64,000 nt of DNA from assembly GCA_947175605.1 (NCBI GenBank), contig CAMWNH010000002.1:17754-81753 (forward strand), given 5' to 3'. The stretch is from an uncultured Porphyromonadaceae bacterium (GTDB taxonomy: Bacteria; Bacteroidota; Bacteroidia; Bacteroidales; Muribaculaceae). The number at the start of each line of letters is the position of its first letter. Positions within the stretch are counted from its first letter, which is position 1. Of the stretch, positions 49,470-57,219 are shown one piece after another. The position numbers were made by a program, and so were the translations under genes. The notes beneath the pieces are model-generated. The model ran no database searches and was not told the origin of the DNA. It saw nothing but the letters and a program-made list of their open reading frames with translations.

Positions 49470-50630
49470 ATGAATCTACATCTGTTCAACCCAGAAAACG
49501 ACCTTGCCTTAGGGCTCAACCTCGAGAACTACACCGCTCCGCCGGCGGCATCGGCTCTTGCCCGGTCCGGCAGCACTCTTCCGATGTGGTATGGGGAGAA
49601 GGGGGACGTGTTTGCGAGCGAAGGCGTGAACGCCGCATGGCTTCGAAGCATGCTCGATGCATTCGGGCCCGGTGTGAGCCCGTGGGACCACAATCCTGCT
49701 GATCTGCGGCCAAAGCCTTGGGGATGGTCGAAAGCCGCCCGGCGCAGCTTCCGGATGATGGGATTCGATGCTGAGAAGCTGCCGGACGATGCTTCGCTGG
49801 CGCGCATACGCGAGCTCTCGAGCCGGGAAAGCGCCTGCCGCATAGGGGCGCAGCTTGCGCATGAGGGACTTCAGCCCGAGGAGTGGGCGGCACAGAGGGT
49901 GAACAATACAGAGGAGGCGCTTAGATACAGCCGGGAGCACGGCGACGTGCTGTTGAAACTCCCATGGTCGTCGAGCGGTCGAGGGCAGATACGCATATGC
50001 GGGATGCAGGATTTTGCAATGAGGGAGCAGGGTGTGGCCGGGGCGATACGCCGCTATGGATTCCTGACAGCAGAACCTTTCCACCGCAACAAGGCTGTGG
50101 ACCTGGCGCATCTTTTCGAGGCCAAGGCGGGGCGAGTGAGTTACGCCGGACTCTCGCTCTTCGCCACGGAAGCCAACGGGGACTATGCAGGCAATGCCCT
50201 TGCGCAGGAAAGTCAGCTGCGGGCGATGCTCGAAAATCGGTTTCAGGGTGTGTGCGCCAAGCTCGACGACATTGCCGAGGCCCAGCGGAGGATACTCGAA
50301 ACGATGATCGGGACTGACTATGAAGGGCCAATGGGCGTGGATATGATGATTCTTTCGGACGGCTCAATAGCGGGGTCCGTGGAGCTGAACCTGCGTATGA
50401 CCATGGGGCACGTGGCCCGAAGATTTCACGACAGATACTGCGCCGAGGGAGCTTGCGGAATATTCAGGCTGGAAAACAATGCTACCGGACGCCACTACAG
50501 CGCCGGGCATAGCGGAGGACGGCTCACCGGGGGGACACTGCGCCTGAATCCACCGGAATACGGCATCGCTTTTGTAGCGGAAATCAAGGGGGAGGAGCCC
50601 AGCGGGGCGCAAGGATTTCAGTTTGTTTAA
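49470..50630 (+). CDS. Conserved hypothetical protein, ATP-grasp-like
   Basis: FNPENDLAL N-terminus, LLKLPWSSSGRG, EP, GPMGVDMM and VELNLRMTMG (E-x-N-x-R). Confidence 0.65.
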   Translation: MNLHLFNPENDLALGLNLENYTAPPAASALARSGSTLPMWYGEKGDVFASEGVNAAWLRSMLDAFGPGVSPWDHNPADLRPKPWGWSKAARRSFRMMGFDAEKLPDDASLARIRELSSRESACRIGAQLAHEGLQPEEWAAQRVNNTEEALRYSREHGDVLLKLPWSSSGRGQIRICGMQDFAMREQGVAGAIRRYGFLTAEPFHRNKAVDLAHLFEAKAGRVSYAGLSLFATEANGDYAGNALAQESQLRAMLENRFQGVCAKLDDIAEAQRRILETMIGTDYEGPMGVDMMILSDGSIAGSVELNLRMTMGHVARRFHDRYCAEGACGIFRLENNATGRHYSAGHSGGRLTGGTLRLNPPEYGIAFVAEIKGEEPSGAQGFQFV

Positions 50631-50639
50631 CGCCAAAAA

Positions 50640-50683
50640 TTTGCATTTCGCACCGATAATAGCTAAATTTGCAAGAATTTAGC
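50640..50683 (+). promoter_or_regulatory. ftsX operon promoter with overlapping palindrome
   Basis: TTTG at 50640-43, 20-nt spacer, TAAATTTG at 50664-71. GCTAAATT-N6-AATTTAGC spans 50662-50683. Confidence 0.65.
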
Positions 50684-50724
50684 AAATACCTTTCAGAAAA
50701 TAAACGCGCTATAAGCGCCACGCA

Positions 50725-51603
50725 ATGAAACCGGTCCGCTCCAAGCACATTTCCACCTTTGGTTCGCAGCTGACTTCGATAGTAAGTGTCACGCTGGTAT
50801 TGCTCTTGTTAGGACTCGTCGCGCTGACGGGCCTTACAGGCCGTGCGCTTACAGACGATGTGCGCCGCAACATAGGATTTATAGTCAGGATGCACCGTGA
50901 CGCGCCCGAATCGAGCATAAACAATGTGAAGAAAGCGCTCGGGAGCGCCCGCTATGTGGAGCACTACGTATATTCTTCGGCCGAAGATATACTTGCGGGC
51001 GAAAGCGCGATGCTGGGCGAGGACATATCGGAGCTTGTGGAAATCAATCCTTTCTGCAGCGAGTTCGATGTAAAGGTCCGTCCGGGCTATGCCAACGGCG
51101 ACAGCATTGACCTTATAGGCACGAAGCTGAAGGCACTGGCAGACGTCGAAGAAATCATCACGGAGGCCGATGTAATCAAGAATGTGGACACGACATTCCG
51201 ACGCGTGTCGGGCGTGCTTCTGATTGTGGCCGGCGTGCTTCTGTTCATATCTTTTGTTCTGATAAACAACACCGTTAGCCTCGCGATCTATTCGCGCCGC
51301 TTCATCATACACACCATGCGTCTTGTCGGAGCCACAGCCGGCTTCATCCGCAGGCCTTTCGTGCTTGCAGGCTGTCGCAACGGCCTTATCGCCGGCCTGC
51401 TGTCATGCGCGGTGCTTGCCGGTGTGCGCGTATGGGCGGGAGAAGCGGAGCCCATGGCCGCGAGCGCCTTGCCATGGCTTCCCGTCATGGTGTGGGTGCT
51501 TGCAGGGACGGTGCTCACGGGTGTGGCCGTATGCGCTGTCGCATCGCTATTTGCAACGACACGACAGCTGCGGCAGTCGTATGACGAAATGTTTCTGAAA
51601 TGA
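50725..51603 (+). CDS. ftsX: Cell division permease FtsX
   Basis: TSIVSVTLVLLLLG, INNTVSLAIYSRR, TMRLVGAT.GFIRRPF and four TM segments. Confidence 0.9.
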   Translation: MKPVRSKHISTFGSQLTSIVSVTLVLLLLGLVALTGLTGRALTDDVRRNIGFIVRMHRDAPESSINNVKKALGSARYVEHYVYSSAEDILAGESAMLGEDISELVEINPFCSEFDVKVRPGYANGDSIDLIGTKLKALADVEEIITEADVIKNVDTTFRRVSGVLLIVAGVLLFISFVLINNTVSLAIYSRRFIIHTMRLVGATAGFIRRPFVLAGCRNGLIAGLLSCAVLAGVRVWAGEAEPMAASALPWLPVMVWVLAGTVLTGVAVCAVASLFATTRQLRQSYDEMFLK

Positions 51604-51881
51604 AAAAAGAAAAAGAGAATCTCCGCCGCGAATCGTCGACGGACAAGCCCTTAGGGCGCAAGAATTTCATAGCAATGGGCATTGCCGGCGCGATGATCGT
51701 GCTGGGTTTCCTGCTGATGCTGGGAAGCGCCAACGGCACGGACGGCAACTTCAATCCCGACATCTTCAGCACGCGCCGCATAGTCGTGGGCCCGTTCATC
51801 GCATTCTTAGGCTTCGTGGGCATGGCTATAGCCATCATCTGTCCCTTCGGCCGCAAAACCAATATACCAGCTGAAAAGTAA
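51600..51881 (+). CDS. DUF3098-family membrane protein
   Basis: Two TM segments, GFLLMLG and FNPDIFS.RRIVVGP; conserved position between ftsX and uppP. Confidence 0.85.
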   Translation: MKKEKENLRRESSTDKPLGRKNFIAMGIAGAMIVLGFLLMLGSANGTDGNFNPDIFSTRRIVVGPFIAFLGFVGMAIAIICPFGRKTNIPAEK

Positions 51882-52732
51882 TGGATATCATCACCGCCTT
51901 GATTCTCGGCATCGTGCAAGGACTTGCCGAGTACCTGCCCATCAGTTCTTCGGGCCATCTGGAAATATTCCGTCAGATTCTGGGCATGAAGCTCGACGGC
52001 GCGGAAAGCCTTGAATTCGACACCATTCTGCATGCAGCCACGGTTCTGAGCACCATCGTTGTGCTCTGGAAGGAACTCTGGCCCATGATCGTGAGCTTCT
52101 TCACGATCCGCAAGGACAGCAACTTCTACTATGTGTGCAAGATACTTGTATCATGTATTCCCATCCTGATCGTGGGCCTCTGCTTCAAGGACGCCATCGA
52201 GGCCTATCTCTTCGGGCAAGGGCTCAAGGTCGTGGGCTGGTGTCTGCTTCTTACGGCCGCCCTGCTGTGCTTCTCCTACTACTTCCGCACGCGTCCGCTC
52301 GAGGAGGCGCGCCCCGGAGCAAAGCCCTATCAGCCCCGCGACATCAGCTATAAGGACGCTTTCATCATCGGTCTGGCGCAGTCCGTGGCCATCCTTCCGG
52401 GCCTTTCGCGCTCGGGCACGACGATCGCAACCGGTATCCTGCTGGGCGACAAACGCGAGCAGGTGGCCAAATTTTCCTTCCTGATGGTGATAATCCCCAT
52501 CCTGGGCGAGGCTCTCCTGCAGATGAAGGATATCCTCGGGGGCGAGGCCGCCGGGGAGGCAAGCATCGGCTGGGCACCTTTGCTCGTCGGATTTATCGCC
52601 GCTTTCGTCGTGGGCTGCATTGCCTGCAAATGGATGCTCGCCATAGTGCGTAAAGGCAAGCTCGTATGGTTTGCCGTGTACTGCGCTATCGTGGGAGCGA
52701 TCTGCATTCTCAAGAACTACGGTGTAATCTGA
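51881..52732 (+). CDS. uppP: Undecaprenyl-diphosphate phosphatase
   Basis: GIVQGLAEYLPISSSGHL, PGLSRSGTTI and FSFLM motifs. Confidence 0.96.
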   Translation: MDIITALILGIVQGLAEYLPISSSGHLEIFRQILGMKLDGAESLEFDTILHAATVLSTIVVLWKELWPMIVSFFTIRKDSNFYYVCKILVSCIPILIVGLCFKDAIEAYLFGQGLKVVGWCLLLTAALLCFSYYFRTRPLEEARPGAKPYQPRDISYKDAFIIGLAQSVAILPGLSRSGTTIATGILLGDKREQVAKFSFLMVIIPILGEALLQMKDILGGEAAGEASIGWAPLLVGFIAAFVVGCIACKWMLAIVRKGKLVWFAVYCAIVGAICILKNYGVI

Positions 52733-52739
52733 GCCCGGC

Positions 52740-53444
52740 ATGAACTTCATCGACGGAACAGTCCTGTATATCGACAAGCCACTGGAGTGGACATCGTTCG
52801 ACACGGTGAAGCGCGTGCGCTCGGCACTTACGCGCCGCATGCACGTGCGCAAGCTAAAGGTGGGCCATGCGGGCACGCTTGATCCCTTAGCTACCGGCGT
52901 GATGCTTGTGTGCACGGGCAAGGCCACAAAGCGAATCGAGGAACTCCAAAGCGGAGTGAAGGAGTATGTTGCAACCCTGGCCTTGGGCGCAACCACGCCT
53001 TCCTTTGATCTCGAGACGGAAATCGACGCCACCTACCCTACCGAGCACATCAGCCGCGAGCTGGTGGAGGAAACGCTGAATAAGTTCAAGGGACGCATCG
53101 AGCAGGTGCCTCCGGCTTACTCGGCTTGCAAGATCGACGGGAAACGCGCCTATGACCTGGCACGCAAGGGCGAAGAGGTGGATCTGAAACCCAAGACACT
53201 TGTAATAGACGAAATAGAACTGCTGGAATTCAGCCCGCAGGAGATAAAAATCCGCGTTGTATGCAGCAAGGGAACATATATCCGCGCCCTTGCCCGCGAC
53301 ATCGGGGCAGCCTTGGGCTCGGGAGCGCATCTTTCCGCGCTGAGGCGCACGCGGGTAGGCGATGTGCGCGTGGAGGACTGCCTGAACATGGATCAAATCG
53401 TGGAACTTATCCGGTGTGTAGACATCGAAATGCCTGAAAACTAA
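52740..53444 (+). CDS. truB: tRNA pseudouridine-55 synthase
   Basis: [32 protein letters not shown] and CSKGTYIR motifs. Confidence 0.97.
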   Translation: MNFIDGTVLYIDKPLEWTSFDTVKRVRSALTRRMHVRKLKVGHAGTLDPLATGVMLVCTGKATKRIEELQSGVKEYVATLALGATTPSFDLETEIDATYPTEHISRELVEETLNKFKGRIEQVPPAYSACKIDGKRAYDLARKGEEVDLKPKTLVIDEIELLEFSPQEIKIRVVCSKGTYIRALARDIGAALGSGAHLSALRRTRVGDVRVEDCLNMDQIVELIRCVDIEMPEN

Positions 53445-53470
53445 AACTTACCATTACCATAAACCAAGAA

Positions 53471-54520
53471 ATGAAATTATCACAATTCAACTTCGACCTT
53501 CCCTACGAGCTGATTGCTGAACACCCGGTTGCAGCGCGCGACCAGGCCCGCCTTATGGTCGTGAACCGCAAGACGGGAGAAATAAGTCACCATGTCTTCA
53601 CGGAAATCCTTGATTTCTATGAAGAAGACGACGTAATGGTATTCAATAACACGCGCGTTTTTCCTGCGCTTCTCTACGGCAATAAGGAAAAAACCGGAGC
53701 CCGCATCGAAGTGTTTCTTCTTCGCGAGCTCAGTGCCGAGAACAAATTCTGGGATGTGCTGGTGGAGCCGGCCCGCAAGATCCGCATCGGCAACAAGCTC
53801 TACTTCGGCGATGACGATTCGCTCGTGGCCGAGGTGATAGACAACACCACTTCCCGCGGCCGCACACTGCGCTTTCTCTACGACGGTCCGCACGACGAGT
53901 TCAAGGAGGCGCTCTACGCTCTGGGGCATACGCCTCTGCCGCCTTACATCAAGCGCGAGCCGGAGCCCCGCGATCTGGAGGACTATCAGTGTATATTTGC
54001 CGAGGTAGAAGGTGCGGTAGTGGCTCCCGGTGCAGGCCTGCACTTCTCGCGCGAACTGCTTACGCGCCTCGAAATCAAGGGCATCAAGCGTGCCAAGATA
54101 ACTATCCATAGCGGTCTGGGCGTGTTCCGCGAAATCGACGTGGAGGATTTGACCAAGCACCGCATGGACTCCGAACAGATGGAGGCGAGTCCGGAGCTGG
54201 TGAAGACGGTTAACGACGCCAAGGACCACAACCGTCAGGTGTGTGCGGTGGGCACATCGGTGCTCCGCGCCATTTCGACTGCGGAGAGCATGGGCGGACA
54301 CATGAAGACGTATTCGGGATGGACGAACAAGTTCATTTTCCCTCCCTACGACTTCAACGTGTGCACCTCGCTGCTGACCAACTTCCACATCCCCTACTCG
54401 ACGATGCTGATGATGGTGGCTGCTTTCGGCGGCTATGATCTCGTGATGAAGGCCTACGAGGAGGCCGTGGCCAACAAGTATCGCTTCGGCGCCTACGGCG
54501 ACGCAATGCTGATTCTTTAA
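53471..54520 (+). CDS. queA: QueA paralogue (short, truB-linked)
   Basis: [38 protein letters not shown] and [10 protein letters not shown] motifs. Confidence 0.85.
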   Translation: MKLSQFNFDLPYELIAEHPVAARDQARLMVVNRKTGEISHHVFTEILDFYEEDDVMVFNNTRVFPALLYGNKEKTGARIEVFLLRELSAENKFWDVLVEPARKIRIGNKLYFGDDDSLVAEVIDNTTSRGRTLRFLYDGPHDEFKEALYALGHTPLPPYIKREPEPRDLEDYQCIFAEVEGAVVAPGAGLHFSRELLTRLEIKGIKRAKITIHSGLGVFREIDVEDLTKHRMDSEQMEASPELVKTVNDAKDHNRQVCAVGTSVLRAISTAESMGGHMKTYSGWTNKFIFPPYDFNVCTSLLTNFHIPYSTMLMMVAAFGGYDLVMKAYEEAVANKYRFGAYGDAMLIL

Positions 54521-54532
54521 AACAGCACTTCA

Positions 54533-54593
54533 ACCAATACACGGCACGCAGCATGAAAGATAAGTCTTTCCATGCTGCGTGCCGTGTATTGGT
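54533..54593. terminator. Long inverted repeat between convergent genes (bidirectional terminator-like)
   Basis: ACCAATACACGGCACGCAGCATG (54533-55) pairs perfectly with CATGCTGCGTGCCGTGTATTGGT (54571-93), plus an inner AAAGA/TCTTT stem and a TAAG loop. Confidence 0.7.
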
Positions 54594-54602
54594 ATCCGTA
54601 TT

Positions 54603-54692
54603 TCAGAAAAATAATAGTATCAGACTACTGTTCCGCCGATAATCTCTTCGATCCGATACGATGGAAGCTCTTTCTTCGGAATTGAGAGTCAT
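54603..54692 (-). pseudogene. Probable HEPN toxin remnant
   Basis: An ATG 4 nt downstream of the MNT stop opens MTLNSEERASIVSDRRDY...*, 29 aa. The first 13-15 residues resemble Bacteroidales HEPN N-termini. Confidence 0.55.
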
Positions 54693-54696
54693 GACT

Positions 54697-55035
54697 TTAA
54701 TTTTGGAAAATTATAATCTTGTCTTGCTCGACATTTTTATAGAAAGGGAGGAAACTGCGTTTCAACCATCCGGCGAATGAGTATAGCCGCGGCGAGACAA
54801 AGGCATCAAAAGCCCAGCCAACCTCTTCCAATGGCCATGCATATTTATCCCAAAGGTCAAGAGGAAGTTTTTCTTCTCCGGGCACAAGAATGTGAACATC
54901 CCAGTCGGAAACAGGGCGTGCATCGCCACGCGTACGCGACCCGTATAGAGCCACTTGCGATCCCTTGGGCAATATTTCTGCAGCTTTCTTCGAAAGCGCA
55001 TCTACCAAGGCTGCAAATTTTTCTTTTTCCGACAT
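54697..55035 (-). CDS. Minimal nucleotidyltransferase (MNT) antitoxin
   Basis: LYGSRTRGDARPVSDWDVHIL (GS...DxD motif) and FYKNVEQDKI. Start reassigned to the ATG at 55035, because the ORF-track TTG falls inside the promoter. Confidence 0.85.
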   Translation of the reverse strand: MSEKEKFAALVDALSKKAAEILPKGSQVALYGSRTRGDARPVSDWDVHILVPGEEKLPLDLWDKYAWPLEEVGWAFDAFVSPRLYSFAGWLKRSFLPFYKNVEQDKIIIFQN

Positions 55036-55071
55036 GTTATTTGGATAATGTAATTCGTATGCTATAATCCG

Positions 55072-55079
55072 CAAAGATA
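55072..55079 (-). promoter_or_regulatory. -7 element for the MNT(-HEPN) unit
   Basis: TATCTTTG on the minus strand. Confidence 0.6.
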
Positions 55080-55113
55080 GCTATTTCTCTTGAAAAATCA
55101 AGGGCTGAGCTAT

Positions 55114-55845
55114 CTACAATGTGCGTAGCCAGGCGCGGAAGGCTGTTGAGTCGCCGTTGAATGTATTGAGGTCCACGCGGCCGCGGATGCCGGGAATGTG
55201 GCCTATATGACTATGCTGCCAGAGGCGCCAGGGCACCGATGCGGAGATAGGCGGATTTGTAAAGGAGCATATCCAGAGGTCGGTGCGCGGAAGACGCCGG
55301 TGGAGAAATCGCGAGTAGCCGGACTTGTTGGTATACACCATCGACGGGATGCCTGCAGCAGCCAGATGTCCGCGCATAGCTTCGAGGCGTGCAATGATGA
55401 CTTCGGTCGGGACCTGTGCGGGATTGCCCCACTCTTCAAGATCTATAGCCACAGGGAGGTCGATAATGCGACCATTAAGCGTGGAAATAAGGTTGCGGGC
55501 CTGCTCGACTCCATCCGTGTCGAAACGAAAGAAATGATATGGCCCGACGAAGATGCCTGCCTCGCGGGCGGCATCGAAATTGGCGGCGAAGGTCGTGTCG
55601 CGGAAGTCGGCGCCTTCGGTAGCCTTAAGGTATGCGAAGGAGACATGGCCTTCTCGCCGTGCCTTCTTGAAATCCACGGGGCCGTTGTGGGCGGAGATGT
55701 CGATACCTATCAAAGGATAATCGTCGCGATCGGGATCGACATGGGGTGTACGGGGCATAAGCACACGCCATGCGGCGAATGTGAAAATCGCCACACCCGT
55801 GAATGCGATAATCGCTATGGCTATGCTGCGGGGGCGTATGCTCAT
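55114..55845 (-). CDS. GH25 muramidase (lysozyme), N-terminally anchored
   Basis: GIDISAHNG, YLKATEG, GPYHFF, AIDLEE (DxE), WQHS and VDLNTF motifs. Likely start is the ATG at 55845. Confidence 0.92.
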   Translation of the reverse strand: MSIRPRSIAIAIIAFTGVAIFTFAAWRVLMPRTPHVDPDRDDYPLIGIDISAHNGPVDFKKARREGHVSFAYLKATEGADFRDTTFAANFDAAREAGIFVGPYHFFRFDTDGVEQARNLISTLNGRIIDLPVAIDLEEWGNPAQVPTEVIIARLEAMRGHLAAAGIPSMVYTNKSGYSRFLHRRLPRTDLWICSFTNPPISASVPWRLWQHSHIGHIPGIRGRVDLNTFNGDSTAFRAWLRTL

Positions 55846-55942
55846 GAAAAAAGGCGGACGCCCGCCGACATAGGGGGCATCCGACACAAAGTTATGAAAA
55901 ATTTTCAGATATAGCAAGTGCTGCTATGAGCGTCCGGGGGGC

Positions 55943-56902
55943 TTAATAGACAAAGCCTACGTTATCGACCCAGAAGGTCATGTCGGGAGTTCCGGTGTAG
56001 GGTTCGCCGGAACCGCTGCTCATCATGAGAATGACATGTGTGGGGGTGGCATCGGCGTCGTCCCAGCCTACTTCCTTAACGGGCACCATCTTGCCCTTGG
56101 AATTGCGGGCATAGTAGCTCTTGGCTTCGGGAATCAGGCCCATGAATGACTTGTAGCCCGGCATGGAGGTGATGTCGCCGTAGTTGATCTTCAGGTTGTG
56201 ATTGTTCACCCAGCCATTTGTGGAGCGGCCGAGAAGTTCGCGGCCTGTGCCGACACGCTTGGCATATATGTTGCCGTCCGCATCCTCCCAGCGTCGCTGG
56301 AGAAATACGAGAACTTCGGCCTTGTCGGCGCCGGGCATTTCCTTCTTGGCTCCGAACCCGGAGGAATATACGCGGCCTGCACCTGCGGGGATGCTAAGCT
56401 TATAGTCGTAGCGGAGGGCTTTCGGGCGCTTTGTGAAGGGCACTCCCATCTCCATTTTGGAGTATGGATTCTTGGTGTTCTTTACGGGCTCGAGCATTTT
56501 TCCGAGGAAAATGGAGCCGGCCACCATGACATCGATGTTCACCATGCCTGCGGCCTTGCACTGTTCGATACGCGATGTAAGCTTGGCACATCGATTGCCG
56601 GGGGCTCGATCGTCGGGATAGACGGCGTTGGAAGTCTTTGTGATGCCCATTACCTTGGCAAGCACATTGGAAGTGGCCCACTGCGAGCCGCCGGCATTGG
56701 TATAAGGTTTGTCGCCCGGAATTGTGGCGTTAGGACCAATCTCGTAAATCGTCTTGGTCTTTCCACCTATGATGCCTGATTCCTTGATCGGGCGTGAAAT
56801 CCAATTTTCGAAGTCGCCGTATTTCAGCATCTCGACGTTCTGAGCGGAAACGGTCGATGAAATAAACAGCATTGCGGAAACAAATAGCTTTGAAACGTTC
56901 AT
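55943..56902 (-). CDS. PCMD (putative carbohydrate metabolism domain) protein
   Basis: Signal peptide, YGDFENW, WATSNV, AGSIFLG, GVPFTKRP.AL..DYK, MMSSGSGEPY.G and WVDNV. Confidence 0.8.
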   Translation of the reverse strand: MNVSKLFVSAMLFISSTVSAQNVEMLKYGDFENWISRPIKESGIIGGKTKTIYEIGPNATIPGDKPYTNAGGSQWATSNVLAKVMGITKTSNAVYPDDRAPGNRCAKLTSRIEQCKAAGMVNIDVMVAGSIFLGKMLEPVKNTKNPYSKMEMGVPFTKRPKALRYDYKLSIPAGAGRVYSSGFGAKKEMPGADKAEVLVFLQRRWEDADGNIYAKRVGTGRELLGRSTNGWVNNHNLKINYGDITSMPGYKSFMGLIPEAKSYYARNSKGKMVPVKEVGWDDADATPTHVILMMSSGSGEPYTGTPDMTFWVDNVGFVY

Positions 56903-56939
56903 ACGATATAAAATTATACAGGTTTAGAAATTGTCTTTG

Positions 56940-56947
56940 CAAATATA
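56940..56947 (-). promoter_or_regulatory. -7 element for the PCMD-GH25 unit
   Basis: TATATTTG on the minus strand, 37 nt upstream of the ATG at 56902. Confidence 0.55.
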
Positions 56948-57219
56948 ACACCAATGGGCAATGTAAGTTCTGGCATGAAGACTTTTTAACCACAATAGCG
57001 GAAGATTAGAGCAACAAACTTGAAGAATTTTAACGAAAAAGCATTAAAAAAATGAAGATACACATTATACAGGTGTCGAAAGAAGTGTAAAAATTTGGAA
57101 AAGGCATGAATTTTTAGTAACTTGCACCCGTTTTACAAGACGTTAGAATATATCCAACCAGATTTTGAAATAAAATAAAGCTAATCATTCATTATACATT
57201 TCCAATACACACAAGTTTT

